Shown in pieces: positions 51,091 through 64,000 of a DNA stretch of 64,000 nucleotides (position 1 is its first letter; every line of letters begins with the position of its first letter). Below the pieces are notes generated by a model, which was given only the letters and a program-made list of their open reading frames with translations, searched no databases and was not told where the DNA came from. Made by a program: the position numbers and the translations under genes. Source of the stretch: the human T2T-CHM13v2.0 reference genome, Homo sapiens; assembly GCF_009914755.1 (NCBI RefSeq), contig NC_060938.1, one strand, 5' to 3'.

Positions 51091-52535
51091 GTGAGTGTTC
51101 CTGGGAGGGGCTGGTGCTGGGGGCGAGGAGGCGGCTGGGAAGGGCGGGGGTCCTGTCCCGGGACCCGTGGGAGAGAAAATGGGGGACACCCGCAGCCTTG
51201 CTGCCCTGTCCTGTCTTCTCACAGCAGGCGTCCACCCTAACTTTCCATCTGGGAGGGGGCCCGGGGCAGGCAGACTCTGGCCAGATGCCCAGCCCTGGGT
51301 GTTCCACAGGTCCTCTCCCCTCTGGGCCCGGGCCTCCTCCTGCCTAGCCGGAAAGGGTCTATCTACCACTGAGTCCCACTCTCTTCAGCTCTCCCTTCCC
51401 CCAGATTCACCATCAGAATTCATCTCCTTTAGGAGTTTACCTTGTCAATAGGGCCCCGTGTCCTATGGGATCTCACATCCAGAGTATCGATTTTAACAAA
51501 ATTCTTCAGCTCACTTTTTTCATTAGTTTCTGGGAGATCTCTTTCTGGTTTTATTTATTCTCATTTTCTTCCTTTTCACCCTCGATTCCCCTCCCTCAAA
51601 GTCAACCTTTCTAATATATTTAATGTGTGTCTGTTTTTCATATGTATTTTTGCAGAATGGGTATTGTGTTTTGTTTGCGGGCATTTTAACTGACATGCAG
51701 GATGGTGTGCTGTAGATCCCATTCTATTGCTTTTTTCCACACTGAGAACCATATTCTTGAGATCCATCAGTGTCATTCGATGAGCATCTAATCCTGGCTT
51801 CTACCTGCTGACAAGTGCTCCTCTGTGTGTATCCCCTGCCCTTTACCTTTCTGTCTCCGTGGGTGGACATCCAGGGGTTCCCCCAACTCCGCCAGCACAA
51901 ATGGCACAGGCTTGAATGGGGGCACAGGGCCCCTGACTCCGACCCTGACTTCTGACCCCTGCCCCAACCTCTAACCTCTGTTTGAGCCTGCACTCACCCT
52001 TTGCTGACCCTGTCATCCTCAGCTGCCCTGAGCCCCAACATCTCTCTCCTCAGACCCTTGCTGGGGGCACTGGAGGCTAGCTCCTTCATGCTGGGGTCCC
52101 TCACTGGCACCCTGTTTTGCAACTTGGAGGTAACTGGCCCTCGGCAACACACACCACTCTGGGCTCCCAACTCAGTACAGAGAAGTGTGATGAGCAAGCA
52201 AGGGCCTGGGCCACGCCCAGCAGTCCTTTCTGTTTGTCAGAAATGCAGATGACTTCTCAGTTTAAGATCAAGCAATTCATAAAATTAAAATAATAACAGC
52301 TCAACTTAAGCAAGCGCTTTTATGTTCTAGTCACTTACCCTAGCACTTGAGGTTTGTCAATTTAATTCTCATAACAACCCCAGAGGAAGATAAGAAGATA
52401 ATATCGTCCCTTATTTACCAACTGGGACAATTTACTGTTGTCCAAGTGCTCTGGGCAGGACAGAAGGGTGTGGGTGTGCTGCTTCCAGGCTTGGAACAGG
52501 AGGTAGAACAATGAACAATGACAGAAAGTATTAAT

Positions 52536-52835
<300 letters not shown>

Positions 52836-54167
52836 ATATTAATAGAAGTAGGAAAAGGTTGGAGGGAGGTCTCAGGGTAGGGCAGGTTCTGAATGGCACG
52901 AAATAATGGCCAGGCTACTCCGCCGTATGAATGCCCATCAGCTGAGCCTAACAGGCAGGCCTCCAGACACACCGCAGCCAGTTCCTGAGGGCTTTTGTGT
53001 GTCAGGGTGCAGGTCTGCTGGGCTGCCAGCCAACTTGACATCACCTCTCTTGCCTGCCAATAAAACTGAACCTTCTAACGAGGTTATCCATTCCTGATTC
53101 CCTGGGCTCATAACCCTTCTAGGTGGCCTTTCTGGTCACTCAGGGGTGGGCCTTCATACCTGCGTCTCTTTACTTCCTCCCACCATCACTCTAAGGCCTC
53201 TCCCTGGGAGCTGGCTGAGCTCACTCCTGCACATTTGGCTGTCTTTAGAACTCCTGGTCCCAAATTGCAGTTCTGGCCCCTCTGGCTGCTGGGGAACATA
53301 ACCTCTGCCTGCTCCCCAGGGGCTCACCGTGTGGGGGAGCAAATCATGTATATCCAGTGCTGTGAGTGGCTCCAGTCATGGAGGAGCAAGGATGAGTTCT
53401 GCCTGGAAGAATCTGGGAAGGCTTCCTGGAGGAGGGAACAATGGCATGGACCTTGAAGAGTCAGAAGCTTTCAATTCATTCCATTCAAGCATTGCTCTCA
53501 TGTGGCATTCAAGCATTCTATAGTGCTTGCCGTGACTCAGGCGCACAGTGCAAAAGGAAGCACATCTTTCTCTGCCATGAGGACTTATTAGTGTCTGAAG
53601 AGCTTTTTCTGGACTATAGGAGAAAGTCATGGTCTCCCTCACTAATAAACACTGACCCTGCTTCGGATGAGCTAACAGCCCTGCTCAGAAAGCATGACAC
53701 CCATCCTGTTCACTTTTCCCTGCCCCGGTCAAACCACCAAGCCCTAGATTTCATTGCCAAGTATCCTGTATTTACTGGGAATGGACATCACAGTAGCATG
53801 CCTTCCTAGCCACATCTATGAGGTTTTGTTCATTTTCATTCTGCTTTTTGTTTGAGCTAAACCTGCCTTGGGAGGCAGAAAAGAAAAGATAACATCTGAT
53901 TCCCCCGATCAACCAACCAATCAACTAGGTCAGGGCCACGTAAATTCATTCAGGACAAGCACTGAGGTCAAACTCCCCAGTGATCCTCACCCTCCTCCAG
54001 AATTTCCACTTCCCGAAATGAAGCAAAGAGCGGTAGACAGGAGTCATCCCTTCTTGTGGCTCCCAACCTGGGGCAGCCCCCTGCCTCCCTTTAGATGGGC
54101 AATCGGCTTAGAAAGTGGAGGGGAAGCCAGTGTGGATCTACTCACAGAATGTTCTTTTGGTTTCCAG

Positions 54168-54197
54168 CCAGGATTGCTACAGTTGTGATTGGAGGAG
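54168..54197 (+). CDS. IFI27: IFI27 30-nt micro-exon 3 (ARIATVVIGG)
   Basis: tttccAG acceptor and GAG|GTGAGT donor. Confidence 0.93.
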
Positions 54198-55097
54198 GTG
54201 AGTCTGTGGGGAAGGGGCTCAAGTAACCACCTGCCCCTAGGGAGGTGGACTTGGGGAGCAGCTGGCCTTGTCCATGCCAATGTTTCCCTCACATGGGTGG
54301 TCAGGGGAGGAGGTGGGGATGAGGGGCTAAGTATGAACCAAGGAGCTAGAAATACAGCACTGGAAGCTGGAAGCAGGGGGCTTGGAGACTGGGAGCTGGA
54401 GTGCGTGTGGGCAGGGTGTGGCAGCAGCCGGCAGAGGCCATTTCCCCTTGGCAGAACATTCACCATGTGACCCTGAGCATGTCTTTGAACTCCTCTGAGC
54501 TCCTGTTTCCTCTCCAGAGAAAAGGCTGGTAATGCCCATTCAGGGTTATGGTCAGGATTGCATAGGGTGAAACAATAGAGATTGAACACAGTAGACATGA
54601 AAGAGATGCCAGGGCTCAGCTCCCTTTGGTTTAGTTGCTTCCAGTGTGCTCTGTGGCAACACCACGGAGCCCTAGAGCTGTCTCTTTGAGCCGCTCTGAA
54701 TGTGCCTCTTACATAATCTCCTGGGCAACATCTGCTCCCCTAATGAGATTTGCTCCCCAGCAAAGATAAGAAACTTGCCAACCACTCCCCTGGTCCAGCA
54801 TTTGGCCAAGGCAGACACTGAGGCTCTGAGGACAAGTGGCTTTCCCAAGGAAGGTCCTGCTGCCCAGAAGAGCTTGGCCCAGAGCCCTGTGCCCAGTGAC
54901 CCCACTAGCTTTTCCCTCTACTTTCCCCGCCTGGCTGTGCTCCCCTTGATTCGTGCCTATTGGCCGTGCCCATAGTCTCTCCCAAGCTCAAAGTTCACCT
55001 CTTTCTCCAGATCCCCTGGGGTCCCCAAGCCTGACTCAGTGTATCTGGGGGGGTCCCTTCTGAGCCCACGCACCGACCCAGCTCCTCTTCCCTGCAG

Positions 55098-55250
55098 TTG
55101 TGGCTGTGCCCATGGTGCTCAGTGCCATGGGCTTCACTGCGGCGGGAATCGCCTCGTCCTCCATAGCAGCCAAGATGATGTCCGCGGCGGCCATTGCCAA
55201 TGGGGGTGGAGTTGCCTCGGGCAGCCTTGTGGCTACTCTGCAGTCACTGG
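55098..55250 (+). CDS. IFI27: IFI27 exon 4, ISG12 motif
   Basis: cctgcAG acceptor, GTAAGT donor, 153 nt. [52 protein letters not shown]. Confidence 0.95.
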
Positions 55251-55749
55251 GTAAGTATCCTGGCGGGGCTTGCTGGGGAGGGCGATGAGGAGGGCAAGAG
55301 CCTCCAAGGACCCAGTCCCAATCTCAACCCTATGAACCTCAATCTCCCTGTTCCTCTGTCTCTCTCTACACATTCTCTCAGGGTTTCTCTGAGGGAGATG
55401 GAGGAGGGAGGGAAGGAGCCCAAGCCAGGAACAGTGCACTCAGGAAGACTCAGCCCGAAGCAGATTTGCTGGGTTACCTGGGGCGTCTCCTCCCCTCTGG
55501 GGTGCAGCCTCCTTCCCTGAAGAGCGAGGCTGCTTCTAGCTCTGGAGTTCACCATGGGGGTTCATGCCTGCAGCAGCCTCTCCCCAAACAAAGACCCCGA
55601 GGGTACTGGGAAACAGAGAGGGGAACTGGGTGGGGTCTGTAAGCCTCAGCCCCTGCTGAGGGTCACTGGAGTCTCTGACCCCACAGTCCTGCCCACAGAG
55701 CTTCCCCGACAGGCATGTCCCACTCTGTCCACCCTCTGCTTCTTCCCAG

Positions 55750-55835
55750 GAGCAACTGGACTCTCCGGATTGACCAAGTTCATCCTGGGCTCCATTGGGT
55801 CTGCCATTGCGGCTGTCATTGCGAGGTTCTACTAG
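55750..55835 (+). CDS. IFI27: IFI27 last coding exon
   Basis: cccAG acceptor; ATGLSGLTKFILGSIGSAIAAVIARFY*. The spliced CDS is 91+30+153+86=360 nt, 119 aa. Confidence 0.95.
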
Positions 55836-55977
55836 CTCCCTGCCCCTCGCCCTGCAGAGAAGAGAACCATGCCAGGGGAGAAGGCACCCAGCCATCCTGA
55901 CCCAGCGAGGAGCCAACTATCCCAAATATACCTGGGGTGAAATATACCAAATTCTGCATCTCCAGAGGAAAATAAGA

Positions 55978-55983
55978 AATAAA
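55978..55983 (+). terminator. IFI27: IFI27 polyadenylation signal
   Basis: AATAAA ~140 nt downstream of TAG. Confidence 0.85.
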
Positions 55984-56753
55984 GATGAATTGTTGCAACT
56001 CTTCCCAGAATCTCTTCTTCTCGCTGGCTGTGGGGCAGGCCCAGCATACTTGGGGTGGGGAGGGGGCATGTTAGGCTCAGGAGTATCAGGAAACGCGTTC
56101 GTATGTTGTTTTGCTCCTTCTTTCCACACCCTCTATGAGCACATGCTGTGGTCCAGGCACTGGGCTGGGCCCCAGGGAACAGAGGGGACACAGCTCGGTC
56201 CCCTTGGTCCCCTCAACCCCCACAGCCAGCGACACTCACGGTCTGCTGAAGGGATGGACCCACAGGCCGATGGCCATGGGCACGGACCTCTGATAAGTGC
56301 TATGCCAGAGGCCAGCCCATGGCTCTGGGGGCCAGAGGCATGTTGAGGAAGGGGAGTGTGGATTTTATCCTGAGGACTTCGGAGAGGCACTGAAGGGTTT
56401 CAACAGGCCAGCGACCACAGACACTACAACCCCGCGCACCCTGCCCTGGGGAGGGGTCATGTTAGGCTCAATTCTCTTTCCCCACACTGTCATCACAAAA
56501 ACTTGGGATGTGATGAACCGAAATGAATCTAAATTTGAAGACAAGCTGTCCCCTCCCCTGCTACAACTCCATATATAACCCTGGGCAGGTCACCTCCTCT
56601 CTGAACCTGTTTGCCCCTCTGTAAATGGGGAGTTGAACTAAATGACCTTCAAGATCCCAGCCAGGGTTTGTGTTTGGCTCAGTTCATGTGGCTCAGGTTT
56701 GTGTTTGGCCGTAGTGTCTGTGATCACTGCAAACAGAGTGAGTCCCTGTCTCA

Positions 56754-56785
<32 letters not shown>

Positions 56786-57514
56786 GAAATTATCCGGGTG
56801 GCTCTGATCCAATGACATGAGCCCTTTGAAAGCAAAGAAGCAAAGAGCAGCAGAACTGTGAGTCTAGTGCTACAGACATTTCAAAAACTTGAACAACTCA
56901 TCCATGTCTCTTAATTGGGTCAACGAAGCATGGTTTATTGCTTCATTGCAACTTAATTGTTTATTGCAACTTAATTCCAGCCATAGGAATTAAGCTTCTC
57001 AAGATATTCTTTCAATACGTGATTCTTTTCCCCCACCTCCCCCTTTCTTTGATGCCTTGGGGAATCTGAAAAAAGCTGTGAAACTTCTCCCCACAAAATG
57101 TACACATTCCCCAAATAACACCCTCATTGTCAGGGCTTTCATTAGAACATCAGAAGACCCTCATTGGAATGAAAGGTACAACCCCCCGCATTAACTAGAA
57201 ATCCAAGCCCTTCCAAAAGGAAAGCACTTGGGTCTGACCTGCGTCTGGGACGATGGACGAGCCTGCATCCCAGCTGAAGCCCAGTAAATGGTCCTGCAAG
57301 GCAGGTCACCCTGGAGCACCCATTATTCTAGGTGTGAGTCCTGACCTCCTCCCTCGTCCCCCTCATGAAGATGAGGCCTCCCGGTTCCCAGAGGACCTGT
57401 TTCCATTCTGGCACTGAGCCCCTCACCCCCACCTCGGTTCTGTGGCTCTCACCCCCACCTTGGTTTTGTGGCTCTCACGTGGTTCTTTATCTTTAAACCC
57501 TCAGCTTCGACCTT

Positions 57515-58422
<908 letters not shown>

Positions 58423-59833
58423 GCAGCCTGGATACCCTGTCTCCCTTCACTGGGCTGAGGCTTTTTCACCCAGGAGCTGGCTGAACTGACTCTGGCAGCC
58501 CCAGGATTCCTGACACTCCTGGCCCCAGATGGCCCCTGGGACACCAGGTTCTACTCCTGTGGGATGCCAGAAGAATCTGCCTGCCCTCAGGCCTGCAGTG
58601 TTAGGGAAGCCAGGCACATCCACAGCTAACTGGGCTGTGGCACACAGTGGCTCAGCAGGCTGAACAGGGATGCAGAGAATTCTCATTGCAGGGATCTAGA
58701 ATGGCTTCCTGTTGAGACTGGTGTCTTCACCAGAGAGGCAGAGGCTGCTAGTAGTCACCCAATGCCTGTTCTTTCCTTCTGGATGATACAAGAGAGCCCT
58801 GGCTTTGGCTAGGCACACGATCCCTAGGGAAGAACTGCATTCCCAAACCCTCTTGCAGTTAGACGCACTCATCTGGGTATGCAGTTAAAGGGATTGGATG
58901 GGCCCACCTTTGCCCCTTTGTCCTTTCCCATGGGCTCTGCTGCAGGTGAGAGAGTGAGCATCTTACACTCATAGCTGAGAACAACACCTTGCAGAAGGCA
59001 GAGCAACAAGACTGCAGGAGCCTGGGTCTCCCAGAGCAGAGTCACCACCCTGGCTGATATTTCTAGATGAAAGAGAAGAAACTTCTCTTGTGTAAGCCAA
59101 GAGGGTCTCTTACTGCAAACAAACATACATTCTATTGCACACAGTAGGGAATCTTTTGATTGCAAGCAATGGAAGAATTAACCCAATAAAGAGAGTTGCT
59201 TCCATCTCTGTTCCATTTCAAAACACCATTAAAATAACAGTCAAGGATCAAAGAAAAGCATAAGCCCACAAGGACAAAGAGAAGAAAAAAGGAGATGACT
59301 CCACAGAAGTCACACCTGCTTTCTCTAAACCCACCAATTGGAGCCTGAACCCCGCAAAAGAAACCTGCTTGGGTAACGCCCTGGACCCCCATAAAGGCCC
59401 ACAGCCAGAAATGACATGGACAAGTGGTTCCACTTAGCAGCCCCAAGAAAGCTGGACATTAAGTTGTCAGTAAAGAGAGCAGAAAGAGTCAGCTTTGCCC
59501 TATAGGACCCTGAAGGCTCAGCCACTAGAGCAGCATGGGCTTTGGAGGTGGGCATGAAGGTAGATTGAGAGCAGGAGGGCTGGCTGGAAGTCTGCTTAAG
59601 AAGCAGGAAAACCCCAGGATTCCCCCTCCAGTAGACCACTGGAGAGTTATCTTTGGAGAGGTTGAGTCTCTGGACTAGGGGCCACCAACAGGACTGAGGG
59701 CAGGAGCTTCACACTAAAAATGAAAGTTTCCATACTAAGTGTTAAGTCTCTCAATCTTCTTTATCAATAGACACCTAGAACACTAGCAGGCAGGCTATGA
59801 CATTCAGGATGGAAGTGCAGTGAACTCTTACAC

Positions 59834-60500
59834 TGTTATGTTGCCTTGGCCTCCATTCTGAATCTAACTGGGACTTTCTCACACCAGAAGTAGGGTTTGG
59901 TCACCCTTGACACAGTTTCCAATTCTTTGCTGCCTTCCAGTCTCTTAAGATGGTCGATCCATATATCTGCCTTATAAACTGCCTTGTGGTGACCACCTCC
60001 TTATGGGACACCTAGATACCACCTACTTGATTCACCTCTCAATCACAGTGTGACTCCACAGAAGTCATGCCTGCATGCTGTAAACCCACCAGTTAGAACC
60101 CCAAAGGGAAACCTGCTTGGGTAATGCCCTGGACCCTCATAAAAGCCCACATGTCCCTCGCCCCCTCTCTCTCGCTCTCACCTGCTGTTTGAGCACGTGT
60201 GTCCTGGAGGGCGCCCTGTTCCCATTGGCCCTGGATGGCACTCTGCCCTCTTCTCTCTGGGACCTGTAAGCAATAAACTGTTTCTGTTATTTCATGCATT
60301 TTGTTGAGTTGCCTCCTCTGAGTCTCATCTGACCAATACACATAAACCTGACTCCCCTCCTAGAGTGTGACTATCTTGGTAGGAATAAACTGGACACAAG
60401 TCAGACAAGAGCCACAAAAGCATGTGCCAGTATAAACAAGTTTCCTGTGACGAGACTGCCTGGTCATGAGTTGGACATTTAGGCCTTAGGCTGTCCTCCA
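59834..60500 (+). mobile_element. ERVL LTR (MER73/MER74-like)
   Basis: tgttatgttgccttggcctccatt...cacccttgacacagtttcc start, AATAAA at ~60272. Subfamily from memory. Confidence 0.55.
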
Positions 60501-62173
60501 GGATAAAGAATAAAGAAGTTTCCTGTGCTTTTACATTGTAAACATCCAAGACCAAATTTCTAGAGCCCCATCAGCACAGGGCTAGAATTTATAGCCACTC
60601 TCCAGAGAGAGTGAGAGAGAATGAGAGGCCAAATGAGAGGGGAAAAAAAAGCAAAAAATGTGTGTGTGGGTTTAGGGGGAGATTCTTCCCAGGCATGTTA
60701 CCAGCCCAGGAAAATAAATGCTCACATTCTGACACTCTGGGAAGAAACTGGCCATTGAAAGCCTGGGTCAGATCACAGTACAGTCCTCGGGTTGATGAGA
60801 ACAGCCCCTGTGGCCAAGCCTGCCATTGGATATCTACAAAGGCTCAGATATGACGGGGAAGCAGGTGTGAGCCCCTCATGTCTCTGATCCTCTCCCTCCT
60901 ATCACCCCCAGCTGCAGCCCATCCAGGAGCACTCACCCTCTGACAGCTGTGAAGCTTCAACACCGGCTTCCCCACCCACCAGGAGACTCAAGGGACCCAA
61001 GGGAGACTGGAGTGGCTGCTCTGAGTTTGTGGAAAACCGTGGGCACAGGAAGGAGTTATGAGCTGTGAGGACTGCAATGAGCCCAAGTGGGAGATGGCTG
61101 GAGTGCTGTGACTTCCAAAGCACCTGGACTGGGGGAGGGAGGAAAAGAGCTTCTATGTCCTGCCACTCTGCCCTCTGTTCTCCTGAGTCCCCATACCAAC
61201 CTCTGGGTCACCTATGGGACACCCTAAATAGCCACAGGGCGGTCCTAAAAGTGCTGGAACAAGAAGATCAACAAGAAGATCAAAACAAATAACACTTACA
61301 TACACACACCATGGTCAAGTCACTGCTCATGTCTCATTACATAAAATCCTCACACCATTCCAAGAAAGGTGACGCTCCTGGTCCTATTTTATAGATGTTG
61401 TTAGAAGAACTTGTAAGAAGTTGATCCAGAGAACCCCACTCCTGCTGCTATTAAAGATGGGCATCTTTCCGTGGCTGAAAATGATCAACTTTGCAGGTTA
61501 TTCCCAGTAGATCTGCAGCCTGAATCTGGTTGCCTGCCCACTAACTCTCTCCAGCTGCCTCCTTGAGCAACCAGCCTGCACTCAGGGAGGTAAATTTACT
61601 TTTACAGTGAATCAAACAATTTCAGATTGATGAAGAGGTCCGGGGTGGGAGTGGGGGCAGAGCAGTTCAATAATTTTAACCATTTTGGGACCAGCCTCAG
61701 CCAAACTCTCTTGAGTGTCTTTGGTAACAGGGATTTACTAGTGGAAAAGATAACTGAGAAGAAACATTTAAAATTGAAATTGAGCCAGGCTTTCCCTTGA
61801 CAAATTGCAAAGACCTAGGGATCAATCACTGGTTTGAGTGGTTTACCCCATTGCCCCATGCCTTGGCACATGGCACTGCCCAGGGTAGCCCAGCTGGGGA
61901 ACAGCCCCAAAGTTGAGCTGTATCCTCTTCTAAGATTCGGACAGGTCAGGGGCTACCTGTGGTGCTGAGCGGGTGAATCATTGCACAGAGATGGCAAAGC
62001 CACCTGTCTGAGCTTTATCCCAAGGGAAGGAGATGGATAAGACCTGAACACAGCCAGATTTCAGGAGCAATACGATAGAGTGCTGTGGCTATCTTAGGCT
62101 CAGGCCTATGGGCTCCTGAGTGGGGACAGAGAAGAGAGTGGGAAGCAGCCTTAGCTGAGACACCAAGATGAGA

Positions 62174-62537
62174 TGTTATGTTTTGGCTGTGTCCCCACCC
62201 AAACCTCATCTTGAATTGTAGCTCCCATAATCCCCATGTGTTGTAGGAGGAACCCAGTGGGAGGTAACCAAATCATGGGGGCTGTGCTGTGCTGTTCTCA
62301 TGATAGTGAATAAGTCTCACGAGATCAGATGGTTTTATAAAAGGCAGTTCCCCTGCACACGCTCTCTTGCCTGCTGCCATGTAAGATGTACCTTTGCTCC
62401 TCCTTAGCCTTCTGCCATGATTGTGAGGCCTCCCCAGCCATGTGCAACTGTGAGTCCATTAAGACCTCCTTTTTTTTTAAATAAATTACCCAGTCTTGGG
62501 TATGTCTTTATTAGCAGCGTGAGAACAGACTAATACA
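62174..62537 (+). mobile_element. Complete THE1-type LTR
   Basis: tgttatgttttggctgtgtccccacc ... gagaacagactaataca. Confidence 0.85.
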
Positions 62538-63048
62538 CAAGGATGTAAGTGCAAGTGGCTTATTTGGGAGGTGATCCCAGGAAACACCAACAGGGGAATG
62601 GGGAGGCAAGCAATAGAAGGGACAGCAGCCCAGAAAGGGTCGATTAATGAGTGACTTTGCAATGCAGGCTACTGAGGCTCAGTCCCGCTGGGGACCACTG
62701 GAGACAATGTGGAACAGGCAAGAGTTGTCCCACCTGTAGGGAGTTAATCGCCCGACTCCCATCCATCATTGGCTGAGGTCTATTCTGGATCAACGCGTGG
62801 ACACTTTCAGCCTGTCTTGCGGGCCTCATGGGTGGGACCCTGGGGCGGGGGGTCAAAGGTGCTGGATGTAGGGAGCAGTAGGCAGGGACTAGAAGAGAGA
62901 GTGTAGCGGGTAGGGGCAACAGTACAGACAGGACAAATGATATTCATGCTGGGAAATGTGTATGTCTTTTCTTCTGGCTAGGCCTTTCCCTGGGGATTGA
63001 GTCAATCCAAGCAGGAGTCGAGCTGGACTTGGGTTTTGTAGTTGCCCT

Positions 63049-63374
63049 ATGCTATGGTTTGAATGTTTGTCCCAACTCATGCCGATATTTAATTGCCATT
63101 GTAACAGTGTTAAGAAAGAGGGCCTTTAAGAGGTAAGCCACAAGGGCTCCACCCACGTGAGATTAATGCCATTATAGAAGGGTGAGTTTGGCCCTCTTTT
63201 TCTCTTTCTCATCTTCCCGCTTTCCATCATGTGCTGATGCAGCAAGAAGGCCCCCAAACATACTGGTACCTTGATATTGCACATCCCAGCTTCCAGAACT
63301 GTGAGCCAATACATTTCTATTAGTTATAAATTAACCAGTCTGTGGTTTTCTCTTACAGTGGCACAGACTAAGAC
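63049..63374 (+). mobile_element. MLT1A/MST-type MaLR LTR
   Basis: tgctatggtttgaatgtttgtccc ... cagactaagaca. Confidence 0.75.
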
Positions 63375-64000
63375 AATGTGGTTGCTGTGCATGTGCCACT
63401 GGCTTCAGATCAGTGTTACCCTGTGCTTAGGGTGGAGGCTGGCTTGCAGAGGAGTTTGCTCAGTGTCTTTAAGCTTCTGCACTGTGCCTGAGCCTTGGAT
63501 ATGGTCTCTGCACATCTGCCCCATCCCCAGTGGTAGACATCTGTTTGCTTGTTATTTGCTAGCCTGGTTGGATGGGAGAAGTTGGATTCTCTATGATCCT
63601 CATCCAGCCTCAGTCTAGGCAGGCCCTGTGTGTTTGGGGCTTAGGGGTGGCATTTTCTCAAGATCCCTGCCCCTCTCCTAAGGGTAGCAGGTCTCCAGGT
63701 CTGGGCTCAGGATGGTTTCTTGCTCTTCCCCAAGGGCGGAGGGTTTTACTTTTTCTTCTCCTTCTGCAATTGTCTTTGCATGAGCTTTGGAAGCTACAGG
63801 GTCGGCTGTCTTTCCCCCGCAGCTTAAGGTTTTTGTGCCCTTCTAGAAGAGAAGGAAGGTGGGGGGTATTTGATGCCCTTCTTGCTCCCTTCCTCCAGTC
63901 TTGCCCCTTCCAGGGAAGCTTTCTTCAGGACCCTGCAGGGACCCAGTCCGCAGGGAAAAAGGTCTGCATGTTGGTAGGATCCATGTTGTCTCTGTGGCTT

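Overview
This is eukaryotic, repeat-dense primate DNA. I recognise it from the translated exons as the human DDX24 / IFI27L1 / IFI27 (ISG12) locus at 14q32.12. The minus strand carries DDX24 exons 1-4 (DEAD-box helicase; the gene continues left of the window), with a ~16.4 kb intron 2 filled by a near full-length L1 nested in an older L1. A CpG-island bidirectional promoter at ~20.5 kb drives DDX24 and IFI27L1 head-to-head. On the plus strand, IFI27L1 splices to 104 aa and IFI27 splices to 119 aa (the 9-nt-deleted allele), the latter behind an ISRE-GAS-ISRE promoter. The most interesting observations: (1) the ATG exon of IFI27L1 lies antisense inside an ERV leader next to a tRNA-Leu-type PBS and LTR, so IFI27L1 looks like a chimeric duplicate with a captured promoter and an ERV-derived N-terminus; (2) MER41-type LTRs in IFI27L1 intron 1 retain complementary GAS sites; (3) one MER41 LTR/leader fragment appears circularly permuted; (4) there are three separate ~90-110 bp locally templated insertions. 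Repeat subfamily names come from my memory of consensus sequences, and repeat boundaries are approximate. Most ORFs in the supplied track are spurious or repeat-derived.
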